DNA of 64,000 bases, taken from Camelus dromedarius. Lineage: Eukaryota. Under the pieces are notes generated by a model. It was given only the letters and a program-made list of their open reading frames with translations. It did no database searches and was not told the origin of the DNA. The translations under genes and the position numbers were made by a program. Location: positions 68,574,001 to 68,638,000 of the forward strand of contig NC_087436.1 of NCBI RefSeq assembly GCF_036321535.1, given 5' to 3'. Below, piece after piece: positions 12,601 to 24,600 of the stretch; within the stretch, counting starts at the first letter, position 1, and the number at the start of each line of letters is the position of its first letter.

Positions 12601-15600
12601 TCTTTGTGTGTGTTTCCATATAAGAGGTGGATTTACTTTTACTTGGTCTATTGACCAAATCAGGTTTCTAAGCCTATTAGCTTAAAAGCTGACTCTGAAC
12701 TACAATAAATTCACAAGAGCACTGTAATGCTATAAATCTCGCTTGATAGGTAGTCTGTGGAGCTTGGTAGATTCATGTCTTTACTACTGCCATTAGGTAG
12801 GAGTAAATCACATATTGTATCTGAACTTCATTAACCTCTATATTTAATTCTCTAGTGTACATTCAGCTTATGTTTCAGTTCTTGAGAATCTCTTGCATAT
12901 AATGTTCGACACTTACGTTAACTTCAATCTTTTTGCATGGCCAGGCATTACAGGAACATAGAGCATTTTGACTCCCTGTACCACCATCGTTGGCTCAATT
13001 CCGTACTTCTCCTAAAAGTGCATACCCAAAAGAGAAATGATCAAAGCCTCATCCAAATATAAAATGCTGGGTGACAATGTTTTACAACCAGCAGAAAGAG
13101 AGCAAACAAACTCCTGCTATATAATATTTATAAAAACTGTTAATGAAATTATGCATAAAAACTAACAGACTCAAAGCGACTATAATGAATAATTGTCTCA
13201 CTTTGACTGCGTTTATGAAATCCAAGAGGGTGAAATCTTCTTTGCCATGTATAGTCCATCTGTCCCAAATTGTAAATGATATTCCATTTCTGTTATAGAA
13301 AAATATTCAGAACAAAAACATTTACATTTTCTTCCCTTTAGTAATAACATAAAACCCCAGAAGTCCATTATTTGTGATTTAGTTAGACACTAATGTGGGA
13401 GAAAAAAGAAAAATATAACTTTAAAAATATTCCATTATCTTATTTCCCCATCACACCATACAGGTAACCACTTTTATCAGTACCCTGTTGATCCTCCCAG
13501 TGTCTCATTATAAAGTATGCCTTAGCAAGAGAGTTCTGTCTCTCTCTCTTAAAATAGCTGCATGGGTTTCACTGTGTGGATGTTCCAGTCTCCTATTAAT
13601 GAACACCTGGATTGTTCCAATCTTTGGCAGTGATAAATAATGCCAGAATAAATATCCTGTACATAAATAATTTGAGCTGAGTGTAAATGTATCTGTAAAT
13701 TTGAAATATAGTGCTATATTTGCCTTATTATGGGTTATATTATTTTATACACTCACCAGTGATGTATGAGAGTGCTTTCTTACATTCTTGCCAAGATAGC
13801 AGTTTTCAAATTTCTGATTGTTACCAATTTAAAAAGTGAAAAATGGAAGTCCAGGGGAATTGTTTTGCTTTGTCATATAGCTTTTGGAATTAGATTTTTA
13901 ATCTCATTACCCATTAGTCAGACACTGGAGTGTCTTTTAATTCATCTGATGTAGATAGACATAGATGAAACCATAAGAAAGTACAATGCTAAACAGTGTG
14001 ACAGATTAAGTGTGAGAGTTCTATGGCAGTTTAGTCAGCAATGCTTCAAGTCACATGCAAAAGAATGAAACTGGACTTTTACACCATGCACAAAAATTAC
14101 CTCAAAATGGATTAAAGACTTGAATGTAAGATCTGAAACCATAAAACTTACGGAAGAAAACTTAGGTGGTAAGCTCCCTGACACTAGTCTTGGTGATTCA
14201 TTTTTTGGATTTCACATCAAAAGTAAAAAACAACAACAACAACAACAAAAAACAAGTGACACTACATCAAACTGAAAATCTTCTGCACAGCAAAGAAAAC
14301 ATCAACAAAATGAAAAGGCAACCTACCAACTGGGAGAAAATATTTGCAAATCATATCTCTGATAAGGGGTTAATATCCAAAATAAATATAAAGAACTCAT
14401 ACAACACAATAGTAAAAAGAACAAAAAACAAAAAACAATCCGATAAGAAAATGGGCAAAGGATCAGAACAGACATTTTTCCAAAGACATATGGATGGCAT
14501 GTGAAAACATGTTCCATATCAAGTATGCGAAAAGATGCTCAATATCACTAATCATCAGAGGAATACAAATCAATGGCCACAATGAGATAACACCTCACAC
14601 CTGTTAGGGTGGCTATCATCAAAAAACAAAAGATAACAAGTGTTGGCAAGGATGTGAAGAAACTGGAACCTTTGTACATTCTTGGTGGGAATATAAAATG
14701 ATACAGCAACTATGCAAAGCAATATGTTAACTTCCTTAAAAACTTAAAAATAGAACTACCATATGATCTAGCAATTCTACTCCTAGGTACTTATATAAAG
14801 AAAATGAAAAAATTAACTTGAAAAGATCTGTATCTCCATGTTCACTGCAGCATTATTTACAATGGCTAACATACGGAAACAATCTGTGTCCACAGGTGGA
14901 TAAATGGATAAAGAAAATGTGGTATTATATCAATGGAGTATTATTCAGCCATAAGAATGAAATCCTGCTATTTACAACAACGTGGATGGACTTTGAGGAC
15001 ATTATGCTAAGTAAAGTATGTCATACAGAGAAAGACAGATACTTTATGATCTCATGTACACGTGGAATCAAAGAGAAACAAACAAAACACCCAACCAACT
15101 GACCAAACAAAAACTAAAAAACCCTCAAGCTCATAGATAAAGAGAACACTGAAAGTGCCAGAAACGGGGTAGGCGTGTGGGCACAGTAAGTGAAGAGAAT
15201 CAAAAGGTACAAGCTTCCAGTTGTAAAATGAGTAAGTCATGCGCATGTAATGCACAGCATAGTGACTATACTTAATAATATGTATTGCATATTTGAGAGT
15301 TGCTTAGAGAGTAAATCTTAAAAGTTCTCTTCAGAAGAAAAAAAAATTCTGCAACTATGTGTAACAATGGATGGTGACTGGACTTACTGTGGTGATCATT
15401 TCCCAACATATACAGGTGTTGAATCGTTATATTGTACACTTGAAACTAATTTAACGTTGAATGTCAATTATACTTCAGTTAAAAAAAAAGAGAAGAGAGA
15501 AATGCTACATGAAGAGGTAGCATTGTCCTGAAGTACTGGAAAGTGTTATATATACAGAAGAAAAGGAGAGATGAAACTATTACTTTTCTCTTTTAAAATG

Positions 15601-18600
15601 TAAAAAAAAGGTATGTCATTCTCATTATGCAAAAGCAAAAGACCGTCATACATACCTGATTTCAGTTTTTCTTACTTCAGATGTCTCTGTAAACACTATA
15701 ATTGGAATGGCTAAGTTAAGGAAACAATTTTTGTAAGCTTCAAAAGGGTAGTCACCAGCTACTTTGATCATTTCCAGTGCAACCTAGGTAAAACAAGGTG
15801 ATCTGATTATATAAACAGCCCAACACTATTCATGAATTTAACTGCATCTATAGAATTTTCTTGAATTCTTTTCAAGCATTTCTGTGTGAAGAATAAAAGC
15901 AAAATCAACTATACTTCAATAAAAAAATTAAAATTAAAAAAAGGAATAAAAGCAGCTTTTGGACTAGAGTAATATAAATTTCTTTTAAGTCTCTCCACTT
16001 AGCCTATTTCACACTTTCAAACTTTCAACCTGTTCTGCACATGTTAAACAAAGTTATCAAAAAAATTAATTAGACCATGTAATCTTCCTACTTTGAAAGC
16101 AAACAGCAGAGCTCAAGAAATATAGCAGTCCAAAATCATTTAATAGGAAAAATAATTACATAGCTTTTAAGAATAACACCATGGTACAGTAAAATAACTA
16201 GGGCTATTCTAAAGATTCTAGATCATTAAGAAAAAACTAAATTGAAAGAAATCCAAATCACTAACAGGAATTACATTTATTTTAAGGCAAAGAACTAAAA
16301 TCCAATATAATCAAATAGCAAAGATTATGGTAGTTCATTTTATTCAAGAAAAACAAGAGCACTTGGTTTGTATGGAAGATACAAAGATGATGAAGATGAT
16401 CACTGTCTGTAAGAAAAATTATATTCTATCTTGACAGAGCTTGTTTTTTTATGTTAAAATGTTTGTATTATCTTAAAAGCTCAAAGTACAGATTACTGTA
16501 TTTTCAGAAATACCTTACAAATTTAAATTATAAGATCAATATGTATTCTGCCTTCTCTAAGATCTGAGTGACTGGTTGCGAGTGATATAATGGGGAAGAA
16601 AGGAAAGAAATGATGAAAAAGAAGCATTTTCAAAGAATAATAATCTCACCAAGCCAGAAACTGCAGCAGTGGATGTTGCTATAGCAGGTATAATTCTACC
16701 TGCTATGCGCTTTGTTTTGAAACGGTCAGCTGGTTCAATGCTATACATTTTGGCACGAAGATTTGATGCAGCTGTGATGAAATCTATGTGTCCATTACGA
16801 TCATCATCTTTTTCAAATGAAAGCACTGCCATCTGAAGGTCATCTGACGGTAACAACCAGAAAAACAAAGTTTCCTAGTAAGTGGTAAGGGCTTTACTAG
16901 GTAAAAAGCAATGTGGGTTCACTACTGTTAAAGAGTCCTTTTTGTTTAGGTTTTTAAATGACTGAACAACAAAAAAATTCAAGGAACTGAAGTTTTTGAA
17001 GGACATGAAAATGATGGCTTTAACACCACTAAATTAGAGAAGTTTCTATATTAAAAAAACTTTCTAAAAAATGGAAAAATAAGAAAGCCATGTATAACTG
17101 CTATTAAGCGGTTTACAATAAAAAAAAGTCAACATTGGGTACTGTTCAAAACTTGATTCCATAAATACTACTCTGAAACACTCTGATAACTAAGAACAGG
17201 GTCAGCTGATCAAATAAAAATGAGTATCTTTTTGACACATTTCTAGATTAGTGGTTCCCCGTATCATTCTGCGGATAGGTGTAGTTTGATATGTGATGAA
17301 ATGAAAAAGTAAGATATGACAGCAAGTTTTTTCTAGAATTATAATTATTAAATTAGGATAACAATCTTTTATTTGCAAAATAAACAGTTGGCTAATCTAT
17401 TTTTTTGTCCCCTGAATTTTACTGGTCTTTGCATAAAATCCCCAAAGTTTGGAAACTGCTGATTTATGTAGTTAAAAGATGATGAGCAGGTCTAAAAACA
17501 TGAAATAATATAGAGCTAAAATAATGTTTTTAAGGAATTAAAAGTTCAGTTTCCCTATATTTAAGACTATTTAGCAACGATGTACATAGGTCAGTTTATA
17601 TTTCCTGAGTGCAATTTTGGAGACTAAGAAGCCAAGAAGAAATGTCTATGGTTTTTTATCCTAAAGTGACTGGGACCCAGGGTTAATGTCCAGAAAGACT
17701 CCATTTTTCTTCATTATGCTAGCCAAAAGTTAAGAAGGAATCACACAGTAGAATTTCAAAGACTAAAACAATCAGAACAACAACAAAGCAAACTTACATT
17801 TCAGGCTTTGAGGGTAGGGCAAATGGTAGAGAAAATGATGAATTTAGTCACGGTTAAAGATGAAGAGTGACTTTCATAGGAATATGAAATAAGTAATAGT
17901 ATTATTGTTATTATTATTTAATCCCACAACTTTTTGAGTATAGAGGTTAGCGAAAATAAAAATCTCTCCAGTTCAAAACATTTTCAATAAAGATTTTCCC
18001 TTACTTGCGGTAGCTTCATTAGATGAAATAGCCTTTTCTAGTTGGAAAACAGCATTCCTCTCATCTTCACTGCTAATAGGAACATGGTCTGGTTTCCTTG
18101 CAGTTTCATCTGTTTGAACAACCTTTTAATATATGTATATATATATTCGTTAAAGTCATCACATCCTACACCTAAGTTTGATTATCCTATTTGTTTTATC
18201 AAATAAGTAACAAAGAGAAACATTCTATCCAGTTTAATCAGATTATTAATCATTATGGACTAATGTATTTTATACCTTCCACTGGTAAGTAATGCTACAT
18301 TATTTATATATCTGTTTTATAATCTATCTCCTCACACTGACGTATAAACTCTAAGAACAGATATCTTTCTCTTGATCACTGAGAGAACCTAAAAATATCT
18401 AAAATAAACTTGTTCACAGTGAGTGTTAAAAATACTTACTGAATAGCTTCCAAGATCTGAGTTCATACAATTCTGTTAAAATTTCACACTAAAATAAGTT
18501 AATGTTAATCAACAGTTTGTGATTCTGACAAATCAACATCAAAACAAATTTCATAGCTCTAGCTAGTGCAGAGCTCTTTTCTGTCTCCAAGGAAATTGAA

Positions 18601-21600
18601 GAAATCCATAAAATACATAATATGGGCATCTTTTAAATATTTATTGATTGCGGACAAGAAGTTCTTTTCCAAAGAATGTCTTCCTTCATATAGCTGCATG
18701 CTTAGGACAGCACATACAAGTAATTTATCTTTAAGAAATTACTTATCAGATATTTCATGAGGGCAGTGAAGTCAATATTCTCAAGCCAAGAAACTTTCAA
18801 GTCATATTTTTACATATTAAATATTATTATAAGTATTTGAGAAATATTAAGGAGCCAAGGAAGCAGTAATATATATTTGCCAGAACGTGCAGATTATATT
18901 TTTGGCTGTGGCATCTCCTAACTAGAAGTGCCAGACCCTAAAGCTTCGGTGGGAGGTGCTCCAGGGAGCTGTGAAAAAGCACATTAATTCATGTTAAAAT
19001 TGTAGCTAAACTGCTCAGGATAATTTACTACCCCTAAACTTTAATACAGAAAGAAGCAATTCAAGCTAGAAAACATACTGAAGGGCATTAAGAACAGTAA
19101 ATTTATTGATGCCTTTTTCCTTGGCTTCCGTCTAGCAGTTTTGCCCATTAGAAACATGGGCTAGGAATTTTCTTTATATAGGAATTTTGTTTTTCCTTTC
19201 TGTACTTTTATTCTTGATAAGCTAGAAGTCATGAACACTTCATTCAGTAAACCTATTTACCTGTACAAAATAAACTGCCTGTAAGTTTTCCTCTTCCCTA
19301 AAATAAAAATGCTGAGTGGAAGAGTGCATACATACACCACTTCTTACTTGAATTTTGCAGGGAGGCAGTCATTTCTCCACATTTTCCAGTATAGTTAAAG
19401 GGTAAGGGGAACAGAAGGTTGTTTATGTGGATGATTTCTTTTAGAGTGCACACAAAAAAGCACATAATGAACATGTGAAAAAGGAAAATATTAGTATTTT
19501 CAAACTTTCCTATTTACCCTGCTTAAATTTCATGTTCCATCTTTATTAATATTCCCTATCTCTTTCCGCATCCAATATTTTTGCCTGACAAAATCCCAAC
19601 TCTTGTTATAACCCAACTTTTCAGCTATTTTACAGTAGCACCCAAGTAGATAACTGCTTTTTCTCCAGCCACATTTAGTGGAATATATTAAGTGGAATTA
19701 ACACTAAGTGGATCCTCAATACTTTGAAATCCTACTTGAAATATCTTGAAATCCTACTACATCTTCTAATTTCCCACTTTTCCCACTCCCCTGGGCAATC
19801 ACTATTTTTTTTTTTCAAAATTCTTCTATCTTCTCCCTGTCACTTGAAGCTATTAAGCTTATTTCTTTTTTTAACTTAGAAAATAACAATCTTTTTTCTC
19901 TTACACTCAAACCAATCCCTTACAAATCCTGTCAGCGTTACTAAAAAATATACACAGAATCCAACCCTTAACACAACTTCCCTGTTACCCACTACTTAAT
20001 TCAAACCATTATCTCTTGCCTATAACCTCCTAATACCTTTTTCTACTTCCTCTCTCATGTGTTATATAATCATTCTCAACACAATTTGCCAGGGTCACCC
20101 TTTTAAATATAAGTCAGATTGTGTCCTCTGTTTAAAATGCTCCACTGGCTTATCTCATAATAGAACACATAGTACTTATCATAACCCAAACTACCTCTCC
20201 AACCTCACTGTTTATCAATCTTCTTTTGCATATTCTCCTCCAGAAAAATCCTGGCTCTCAGTCTTTCAAGGCCTTTCTCTGAACTTGTTCCTGCTGTCTG
20301 CACTCTCTCTCACCAGATAATAGCATGGCTCACTCCCTCACTTCCTTTAGGCTTCTGCTCAAATGTTACCATATCAGAGAAGCTTTCCCTTTGTTATCTC
20401 ATAAAAAAATGATACCAGCTCCATCATCCTTTATTTGTTCTCCCTGTTTTAATTCTTATTAGCACTTATGCCCATAATGAAGTATCAAATAATTATTGGC
20501 ATTTTTAATAGTCCATCTCTGGTCCATTAGAATATAACTCACACAAGAACAAGAATTTTGTTTTGTTCATTACAGGGTTATCCAGGTTTGGAATGAGATT
20601 CGATACAAGTAGAAGTTCAATAACTACTTGCTAAATGAATGAATTTGTTTGTACACATACCTTGTTGGAAGGTTTGAATTCCTGAATTTTTACTTCAGAA
20701 AGAATATTCAACAAGGCATCTGCTGATAAGTCCTGTTTTTAAAACAGTAATTTTATCAACACATTTAAAAAATTCTGAATTCTAAATCTAAAAACATCCT
20801 AAAAAAAAAGTCCTTTATCATTGTAAAATATTTGAATAATGTATCATCTGACTGTTTAGATCACATCTATTTGTGACATTTACCTTTATTTCTTTAGAAA
20901 TATCATCCATAAAGGCTGGAAGGTGGGGGTGGTATGCATAAAAAAAGTTTTTATTAGTCAACAAACCTGAAATCTTAGTTCTTTCTTTACATTTTAAAAT
21001 AGGTAGTTTTAGGATTGGCTGTGAGTATTATATAGAATGCCTTGAGATCAGGTACTATCTCTTAATCGTTTTACAAAGTTCCCTGTACAAAGCTATACTC
21101 AATATACACTGACACAGTAAATAAAATAAGTAAGTACACGGAATTCATACCTCTGGAATCAGGAAAACATTTAAATGGTTCAAGATAAACTTGGATAAAT
21201 TTAAGGCTATATACATATTCATTGTTAAAAAAATAACTGCTTAGAAAAAACTGAGACATACCTGCTTTTGAAATCACCTACAATTCATATCACAAAATTA
21301 CCACTCTTCAGAAAAAGAATATTCGACTGAATGGCACCATTTTTTACCAGACATTATGGTATATTTCACTGTGTGGTAACTCAAAAAGGATTAATTTACA
21401 ACAGGCATTTTTATCTAGATCCAAAATAGCCAGTGTTAGTTATGGATGTAGTTCATATTTTTCCGTTCTGCCTACTTACAAGTATAGCAATATATTTAGC
21501 TCTATTATGCACTTGAGAAGAAAAATTCACTAATGCAGACCTGCCTCTTAAATAAAACTGTATTAGCTCATTTATTTATTAGTCAATGAAGATGATATCT

Positions 21601-24600
21601 AAGAAAATAGGTATAAATGATAAAAGTTAAGAAATGTCAATATGGGATAGCATTTTCAAATCTCCTGAAAAGCATGTAAGTTAATATCACAAAATAAGCC
21701 AAACAAATGTTTACAAAGACACTCTCTAAGGTATATTTAAAAATTGTTATAAAATAGGTCACTTTGGGTTTTCAGAGTAATTGCAATAACTGAAGTTAAT
21801 AGATTGTAAATATTTTAAAAAATAAACTAAGACTGCTTTTATAAATATTTGTTTTCATACTTAAATTTAGAAAGCAAAATCTGACTTTCTTCTGCTTAGC
21901 AATGCTGCAATGAGAGTTTAGCTTTTGCTATATTAGAATAGGCAGAACTATCACAAAATAAAACATTTATATCAAAGAATGATTCTTATAATATACAAAC
22001 ACATTTTGATGATGCAATTAAACAAATTCATCTGATTCTAACCTTTTCTATCACTTGTTAGGGCTCGAAGAGTATCTTACCTCTTCTGTAAATGGAATGC
22101 AATAGGCTGTAGCATATAATTTTGCAGCATTCAGAAGGAAACTGAAGTGCCTTTTGAAATTAAAGAATAAAAACGTGAATGCACAGTTTCAAAGAAGATG
22201 TTTAATTCATCAGAAACTAAAGCCTTTAAAATGCTTAAGTAATCAGACTTTTTGTTACAGGATTTTTTTTTTAAGTTAGGCAATGAAATTCTGGTCTAGA
22301 CCAAGGAATTGCAGAAATTATAAAAGAGGAAACATCAGATGTTTAGCCTCATAAGAACTAATATTCAGGTAGTGATCAAGACTACTTTGGGGACGGGAGT
22401 GGCTATAAGTAGAAAAATTAAGGTAGTGAAAGAAAATTCATTTTAATTCATAAGAAAATATTACAGATTTGGTTTTAAAGAGTGTATAATAAGTTCAAAC
22501 TAAGAAACCAGTTTGTTTAAAAGCAAAAAACGTAAGTTTTACAGGATTCAGGATAAGGTGCCTAGAATAAGCACCAGATGAAAAAACTAAGTACAGTTAT
22601 TTGTTGAAAAGGAGGTTAACAAGCTAAGTGTTATTTAAAATACATACAGATAATAGTGTGTATTGTGTGTACAATGTATATCTCACATAGATAGACAGGA
22701 TATACAGATATTTATTCAAAGATCAACTCCTTTGAAAATTAATTTGAGATTATTTAGGGAGTTATTCAATAGTAACAATTTTCCCCCAGTTAACTGAAGT
22801 TTCTTATATACTTCTTACATATTTAATGAAAATAGGAAAACATTTGTTTTCATTTTACTTTTTTATGAATAATGTCAAAGAGATAACACTTTGGGTTCAC
22901 TTTAAAAAAGATAAAATAACAAGGTTATTTACCATGTAAATAAATAGATACACCTATGGGTGGAGAGAAGAACTGTGGCAGGCTTTGCTGGCCAAAGTGA
23001 TATGCTAACTTAGATTAAAAGAGATGTAATAATTTTATATTAAAGAGCCTGAGGTTTTCACTCTGCAGTGTAAACCTATACAGTTAAGAAGTTTACAATA
23101 AAAGATGTATGTAAAACCGGATATATATACTTACAAAGATTCATTTAGATCAAATTTTAATGGAGACGGGGGCCTCTTTGGTGATTGCCAAAACAAACCT
23201 AACAAAAGATACAAATATTATTTTCAGTGTCAGGAGCCAGTAATAAATTGTGTTAAATTTTCTTCTCAATATTTTATTATACTTACTGCCATCTTTCAGT
23301 CGTGTGTCCAGAGGGAAACAATGAAGAAGCTGAAGAGCCTATAGAAAAAATTGAATTAAAAAAAATCACTATTTAATATTAACTGGGGTTAAAAAAAAAT
23401 CAACGTACATAAAGAGATACACAGTGAAGTATTCCAGTCACCCTTGTTCTCCATCTGTCCATTTTCCTTTCACTGTCCCCATCCCTTGGAATAACCTCTT
23501 TTGTTAGTTTTTATCAACATTTACAGGGTTTTTTTGCATTTATAGCAAACATGAATGTAGATTATTTTATTCCTTTTTACACAATAGTGGCATATTTTAC
23601 AAATCATTTCAAAGAGCTAATCCTTAAAACAAAAATAAAACCAGTAAAAATATATAATATTTTTATTTTGCAAAGATATGTTTGAGATTTGCTTGAAAAT
23701 CATTTGTGGGAGGGTCTACTGGGTGTGATCATAGATGAAACAAGACTGCCTACGAGATGGTAATTGTTAAACCTGGTGACAAGTATATGAGGATTACATG
23801 GAGTTCATTACATGCTTTCTTAACAATTCTGTGGTTGAATTTTTTCATAATAAAAAAAGTTAAAAAAAAAACCTATAGAAGATAAGGAAGAAGAATTCTT
23901 TAGACTTTGAACATGAGGTCACTAATAGTCATGGTAAGAATAATTTCAATAGTTGTGGGGAAAGAAGACATATTTATTGGATGAAGACTTGATAACAGTG
24001 AGTATAGAAGTATAGACTTTTCCAAGAAGCAGAGAAAAGAAGGAAGTGAAAAGCAGGGATAAGTATAATCCAAAGACTTAAAAAAAATTTTTTTTTCTTG
24101 CAGGGGGAGGTAATTGGATTCACTTATTTAAATGGAAGTACTGAGGACTGAACCCAGGACCTTGTACATGCTAAGCACACGTTCTACCACTGAGCTATAC
24201 CTCCCCACTTAAAAGACTTTTTGAAAAAAATGAACTTATTTTGTATTCCAACAGGTAAAAGCCCAAAAAGAGGGAGAAACTAAAGAGGGTGCAGGACACA
24301 TTCTCAGAACTACAACTGGAGTAAGAATAACAGCTAAAATTTAACTGAGCATTTATTTATGGGCCAGGTTCTATTCTAAATAGTTTGTATGTATAACCCA
24401 TTTGATTCTGCAGAATTTTACTATTTTACTAAAACCCATTCTGTTTACAGAAAGACAAGGATCAGTTAAATGCAAAACTGACAAATACAGAAAGATAAGG
24501 ATCAGTTAAATGCAAAACTGACAAACTAATGGGTGAAGTTTAAATGCATTCTTTAATCAGCAACATTAATTAAAAGAGAAATTAGTTGTGTGCCTGTCAC

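Noticed and set aside
14166..15102. ORFs resembling a reverse-transcriptase protein C-terminus
   Set aside because: Frameshifted remnants of L1 ORF2 in a truncated element, not a host gene.
16690..16710. [11 protein letters not shown] versus recalled human IAGKIIPAIAT
   Set aside because: Conservative K/R change; Arg occurs at this position in other E1 enzymes such as yeast Uba1 (recall).
18123..20660. Possible U12-type intron 27 (no pyrimidine tract, ctttaac branch-like motif)
   Set aside because: The donor is GTATGT, not the U12 consensus RTATCCTT.
24130..24207. tRNA-like sequence with A and B boxes (also 34940-35017)
   Set aside because: Diverged heads of SINEs with AT-rich tails; no intact acceptor stem seen.
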